Positions 58,317 to 64,000 of a stretch of DNA of 64,000 bases are shown here, in pieces (position 1 is the stretch's first letter; the number at the start of each line of letters is the position of its first letter). A program made the translations under genes and the position numbers. This stretch comes from Octopus vulgaris (Eukaryota), in contig OX597820.1 in the NCBI GenBank assembly GCA_951406725.2, forward strand, positions 52,638,001-52,702,000, in the 5' to 3' direction. A model generated the notes under the pieces. That model saw only the letters and a program-made list of their open reading frames with translations. It was not told the origin of the DNA and did no database searches.

Positions 58317-58406
58317 TGAATAATAATAATAATAACAATAACAATAACGACAACAACATCTAAAAATGGCATTAGGAATGAGAACCCAGGTTCGAAATTT
58401 CCCCAA

Positions 58407-58452
58407 GACACCTGATGAAGGCTAGAGGGTATATCAGCCGAAACGTTGTGTT
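58407..58452 (+). ncRNA. Minimal type-I hammerhead ribozyme
   Basis: GACAC-CUGAUGA-A-GGCU AGAGGGUAUAUC AGCC-GAAA-CG-UU-GUGUU. Confidence 0.75.
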
Positions 58453-58559
58453 AACAACAAATAAGATGAGGACAAATATCCGTCAAATGTAAATAATGTA
58501 AAGAAACTATATCTACTAAAGTGGTGTTGAGCGCTCATTTTCATCGTTCAATATTTATG

Positions 58560-58600
<41 letters not shown>

Positions 58601-58705
58601 ATGTGTGTGTGTGTGTGGCTAAGGAGTGATGTGCAAACATGAAATTTCAGAGAAAGTGCTTTCTGTGAATTGTATATCGCATTTGTTGTGACATTATTGA
58701 GCATT

Positions 58706-59290
58706 GAAAGGCGGCGGGCTAGCAAAAACCTTAGCACACACGGTGAAATGCTTAGCGGTATTTCGTCTGCCGCTACGTTCTGAGTTCAAATTCCGTCGAG
58801 GTCGACTTTGCCTTTCATCCTTTCGGGGTCGATTAAATAAGTACCAGTTACGCACTGGGGTCGATATAATCGACTTAATCCGTTTGTCTGTCTCTGTTTG
58901 TGCCCCCTCTGTGTTTAGCCCCTTGTGGGTAGTAAAGAAATAGGTATTTCCTCTGTCGTTACGTTCTGAGTTCAAATTCCGCCGAGGTCAACTTTGCCTT
59001 TCATCCTTTCGGGGTCGATTAAATAAGTACCAGTTACGCACTGGTGTTGATGTAATCGACTTAATCCGTTTGTCTGTCCCTGTTTATGCCCCCTCTGTGT
59101 TTAGCTCCTTGTGGGTAGTAAAGAAATAGGTATTTCGTCTGTCTTTACGTTCTGAGTTCAAATTCCGCCGAGGTCGACTTTGCCTTTCATCATTTCGGCA
59201 TCGATAAATTAAGTACCAGTTTCGTACTGGCCCCGATCTAATCGACAGGCCCCCTCCCCCAAAATTTCGGGCCTTGTACCTAGAGTAGAA
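58706..59290 (+). mobile_element. SINE family B with an internal 186-bp unit in tandem (starts 58757, 58943, 59129)
   Basis: The unit ggtatttc...gtagtaaagaaata occurs twice in full, followed by a third start that runs into the normal SINE tail. Confidence 0.9.
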
Positions 59291-59630
59291 AAAAGTATTG
59301 AACATTGTTTATCTTTTACGCGTAAACTTGTGTGTGTATGGGCATAATTTAAGTATGCTTGTTCCTGTGTGTATATGTGTGAATGTGAGCGTGTTTATGG
59401 AAGTCAGGCAGACGGACGCGAAAGTCAATGCCTAGAACGTCATTAGACGACAATAGACGACGCTGAAGACTTGCTCGTAATTCTTTGGAAACAAAAGGCA
59501 AAACAAAAGAACTGCTAACACTATTACCGCCGCTGCCACTAGAACTGCCAACACCAAACAACGCCATTACAACTACCACGCCATTGCCTGCACCACCTCT
59601 ACCACCACCACCACCACCACCACCGCTACG

Positions 59631-59681
<51 letters not shown>

Positions 59682-59686
59682 GCTAC

Positions 59687-59727
<41 letters not shown>

Positions 59728-60319
59728 CTGCCGGTACTACTAACACTAATAATACAACTACCACTACCGCTGCTACTACTACCCCTACTACTACTACCCC
59801 TACTACTACTATTGCTACTACTACTACTACTACTACTTGTTTAACGTGGTGTGTGCAATAGTAGAGAATAAAGAATGACGGCGAGCAAGTGAGGCTGTAC
59901 TGTAAGGGTAAGTAAGGGGTATCATTAGGCAGTTTTGACGTCAGAATTATGATTTAAGGAAGGGCATAGCAAGAGGCAGTGGGAGGTAATGGAGGTGAGG
60001 GGCAAATATCAGCCGTCGAGGATGAAGAGCGGGGAGGTTTTAAAGGAGTTTGTTATTTAGCACAAGGATCAGCTCTTACGAGACAGATCTATGCTCAATG
60101 AAGTTACAATCGTGACCATCCCGTTCTTTTTTTGTGTGTTTTTGTTATTTGAGATTACGCTTTAGTTATCTCCTTACTATGGTAAACACTATAGCATGTT
60201 ATTACTGGTATTTGACAGCTATTTTTAGCAGGTTCTGTATCAAAACAAGGGATCCTTGTACTGGGCCGTAAGGAATAAATTAGAAAACGAAGATAAGCTG
60301 CGGGATAGCAGGTTAAATG

Positions 60320-60363
<44 letters not shown>

Positions 60364-61952
60364 TGTATGTCTGTGTATGTCTGTGTGTCTGTCTGTGGGT
60401 ATGGGTGTTTGTGTGTGGCTGCGTTTGTGTGTGTGTATGTCTGTCTGTCTGTCTGTGTCGGTGTTTATGTCTGTCTGTGTATGTCGGTCTGTGGGTTTGT
60501 GTGTCTGCGTGTATCTGTGTTTGTGTGTGTCTGTGTCTGTGCGTGTGTATCTGTGTGCATGTTTGTGTGTATGTATGTGTGTGTATGTGTGTGTATCTGT
60601 GTGTCTGTGTGTCTGTGAACCTATGCATGTTTGTGTGTATGTGGAGTGTATTTACATGTGTATTTGTGTTCAGAGAAATGTGTGCGTCCATATGTGTGGG
60701 TTTTACATCTGTTTGTGTATTTAATCATTTATGTGAATAAATGCGTGTCAACATGTATATTTGCGTGTAAGTGTATGTATGTATGTGTATGTATTTATGT
60801 GTATAAGTGAGACTCTGTGTGTGTGTGCGCGCGCTAAGGCGTTTAAATGCATGTGTTCACGTATATCAATGTATAGATTCTCGTATGTATGTAAGTGTGT
60901 ATGCATATTTCTCGGTGTATATGTCCAAGGGAAAATGTATACGAACACGGATAAAGATTTAGGCCTGTTTGAGTGTGTATATGTGTCACCGTATGTAGGT
61001 TAATCTTTATGTGTGTACGTGTGGATGTGTGTATGCGCGTGCTTATGGGTGAGGTTTAGTAGGATCCGTTCGGAATGTGAGCAAATCTGTGTTCTGTTAT
61101 GACGGTGGAAAGGGTTGAAGAAATGTGCAGTGGTGTAGGCAAGAGGAGAATGAGGGACTGTGTAATGTATGTGAGAGAGTATGGTGGGGCTGAAGATAGA
61201 AGGGAAGGGGAAGTAAGATGAAAGGGAAACAAGAAATGAAGAAATAAAAGAATAAGGATTAAGTTAAGAGTATGGAAAGACTGACAAAAAGAATTGAAGG
61301 CCACAAGAAAAAAGAATGAAGGAGGTTTGTTCATGTGAAAATGTCCCTCTTACTGTTAAGAACCGTCTGAACGTTTTAAATTAAATTTGTTATATTAAGT
61401 CCCTTTCATGTTTACTGGGGGTTTTTTTATAACGGTCTTTATATGTATCTATCTTTCTATCCGTCTATCTATTTCTGTGTCGCCTTTTATGAATCTTACC
61501 AAAAGAAAATCACAATGTGGAGATTCTAAGTGGGGATGCCCACCCTGCATAAAATAGCAGTCAAATCTTCCTCAAAATATAATAGACTTTTTTAAGACGG
61601 GAGACGGTGGTCAATAAATTCTTGGGTTCGCTGCACATACGAAGAAGTCAAGATTGACCAGAGAATGGATGGTTTTGATCAAAAGGTTTGCTGTATCCGG
61701 GCTGACAAGTACAATGGCAACTAGAAGAACCACTAGCTGTGAGTGAGTGGCGTGTCTAATTTCAGCTTGAAACAAATCGTTAAGAACTATCAGAATAAAA
61801 CGAAGTATCGCCCAATAGCTCCGGCTCCAAGATTCGTTCAATAGATTCTATATATTTTATCTGTCTGTTTCTGTTTGTATGTACGTCTATATTTCTGTTT
61901 ATATATCCAAGACTTGCCTATAATTCTTTAGCATCTGCGTAGCTGCATGAGG

Positions 61953-62017
<65 letters not shown>

Positions 62018-62102
62018 CCTCCCTCTCTTGCGTACTTCCTCCTGTCTTTCTCGTTCCCCAGTGCGATATGATATACGATATACATAGATATACATACATA
62101 AA

Positions 62103-62149
<47 letters not shown>

Positions 62150-62789
62150 ATGTTCTGTACAAGGAATACATCAAGAAAATGGTATGTAGGCAAGAAAGAA
62201 CGAAAGATTAAAGTAAGACTATAAGGATACTTGAAGATAAAATAAATAACCGCATAATAAATGCCCACCCCAATGCAATTTATTATACTACATGAGATAT
62301 AAGTTATGATACAGATGTCATAAATATGTAGAACTCAATTTTGAGGTGACACGGAACAGGTATATTGGCAAGAGAAAAGAAATTTTAAAGAAAGACTTCC
62401 TAATTATATCTGTTGAACATACAGATGAAAAAAAAAGCAACAATAAATTTAGCAAACTACTTTTGGAAACTAAATGTTAAATATCCAGATTGCACACACG
62501 TAGAAAGATCTTAAGCCTACAAAAGAAGAAAAATACGGTGTAAATTGTGCAAAGAAGAGGGAAGATCCCCCAAAACATGTCGTAAACAACGTTTGTGCTA
62601 CAACATTAAATCTGAAACATTCGTCAAATACAAATATATTGAAAAGCACCTATTACGTAGCTAATAAAAAGAAAATAGCAATACTTGACATCTACTAGAT
62701 AAATGCACAGACATATAATTACTTCACCTTTGTCCGACAACAATTCTGAATCTTTCTGGGGTTATGGTAAGGAACCGGATATACATGTG

Positions 62790-63020
62790 AGGGCACGTGG
62801 CCTAGTGGTTATGGTGTTGCAGTCAAGATTGCGAGATCGTGATTTCAATTCCTAGACCGGGCGGGGCGATGTGTTCTTCAGCACGTTGCTATGTGATCAC
62901 TTCGACACCTAATGAGTGGTACACCGCGCAGCTATTCAAGCAACGTAGATTTGATTGAGGGAGCAATCGTACGGGACATACATTTGACCATTAACAAAAA
63001 ATCATTTGTGCTGAACGCTC
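62790..63020 (+). mobile_element. tRNA-derived SINE (family A head)
   Basis: gggcacgtggcctagtggtt...tttcaattcctagaccgggc. Confidence 0.65.
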
Positions 63021-63039
63021 ATACGTCCATTATCGTCCA

Positions 63040-63220
63040 TTTTCTCTCCCTTTTTTTCTTTTTTTTTCTCTCTCCTTGTTTTTTCTGTGTCCTTTTCTGT
63101 AGAAGAGCATAGGCTCGAAACGTAAAAGACTTTTCTATTCCTGAGCGTTATACTAATACATCTGTTTGTTTTGTACACCACCTGTCTTCGTATTTTGTTT
63201 TTTTTGTAAACTCTCTCTAT
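63040..63220 (+). mobile_element. pLTR-like repeat family F with a hammerhead variant at 63093-63128; partial inverted copy at 63376-63435
   Basis: UUUU-CUGUAGA-A-GAGC AUAG GCUC-GAAA-CG-UA-AAAG; the tail is shared with the PLE end at 14900-14983. Confidence 0.75.
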
Positions 63221-63227
63221 ATGTATA

Positions 63228-63292
<65 letters not shown>

Positions 63293-63480
63293 CTTATATT
63301 GACCCCAGTGCGTAACTGGTACTTATTTAATCGACCCCGAAAGGATGAAAGGCAAAGTTATATATATATATATATATAAGGAGAGTTTACGAAAAAAACA
63401 AAAGACGAAGACAGGTGGTGTACAAAACAGAGTATGTCGTATATATATATATATATATATATATATCATATATCACACAT

Positions 63481-63512
<32 letters not shown>

Positions 63513-64000
63513 CATATATATCACACATCTACCTATACACATATATATCATATATGCGTGTGCGTGTGTGTACACATATTTGTGTATGTACCTGTAAATA
63601 CGTGTGTGTGCATGGGTGTATGTGTATGTGGGAGAGTGTACGCGTGCTAAGAAGGAAAAAATTACCGAATATTTATCTATAAATGCATAAACATTGGTAA
63701 TGTTGATATAAACACTTTAATGTTTACACGAATGTATTGAATTAAAGAGATGACATCTTCACCTTATCTTACTGTTTCCAATCTATGAGTCGCGACATTT
63801 TAGTGTTTTCTGAAATAAGACAGGTGTGTCTCGATATTATCAAATTGCAAAATCTTTTATTTTTAGCTTTTTACACATACATAATAAAATTAAGCAATTA
63901 TTATATATTTTGAACGCGCCCTCTTAGTCACATAAGACTCTTCGTATGTTTTATTAGTATTTTATTAATTACAATAACGTATCAGCAGTGTGTCGTTTTC

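Larger units (their letters stand above)
58002..58511 (-). mobile_element. Composite element: tRNA-derived head, (AAT)n, hammerhead-bearing tail, plus an inverted tail copy; TSD-flanked
   Basis: TAAAGAAA(T/C)TATA at 58002-58014 and 58499-58511; inverted arms at about 58046-58240 and 58319-58500. Confidence 0.8.

Noticed and set aside
58757-59290. CRISPR-like array
   Set aside because: The context is eukaryotic, the units are 186 bp with no unique spacers, and there are no cas genes.
59460-59500. CTGAAGA...GAAAC hammerhead-like motif
   Set aside because: No stem II, stem I or UH triplet can be formed.

Overview
Eukaryotic, AT-rich, microsatellite-saturated DNA. The repeat style looks like a coleoid cephalopod, probably octopus; this is an inference. 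The only credible host coding sequence is the terminal exon (4026-4644, minus strand) of a heparan sulfate glucosamine 3-O-sulfotransferase. Its upstream exon was not found, so most of the window is probably one intron of more than 59 kb. That region holds several tRNA-derived SINE families, Tc1/mariner relics, hAT-type MITEs, a CR1/L2-like LINE relic, a probable Helitron and a Penelope-like element 3' end. The most notable signal is a set of about 11 minimal type-I hammerhead ribozyme motifs, some intact and some variant. They lie in at least 5 distinct short repeat families, mostly inserted in (TA)n tracts and often in tandem or inverted arrangements typical of Penelope pLTRs. One is a TSD-flanked composite with a tRNA-derived head and two oppositely oriented hammerheads (58002-58511). 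Nearly all ORFs in the supplied track are microsatellite artefacts. All alignments and folds were done by eye.
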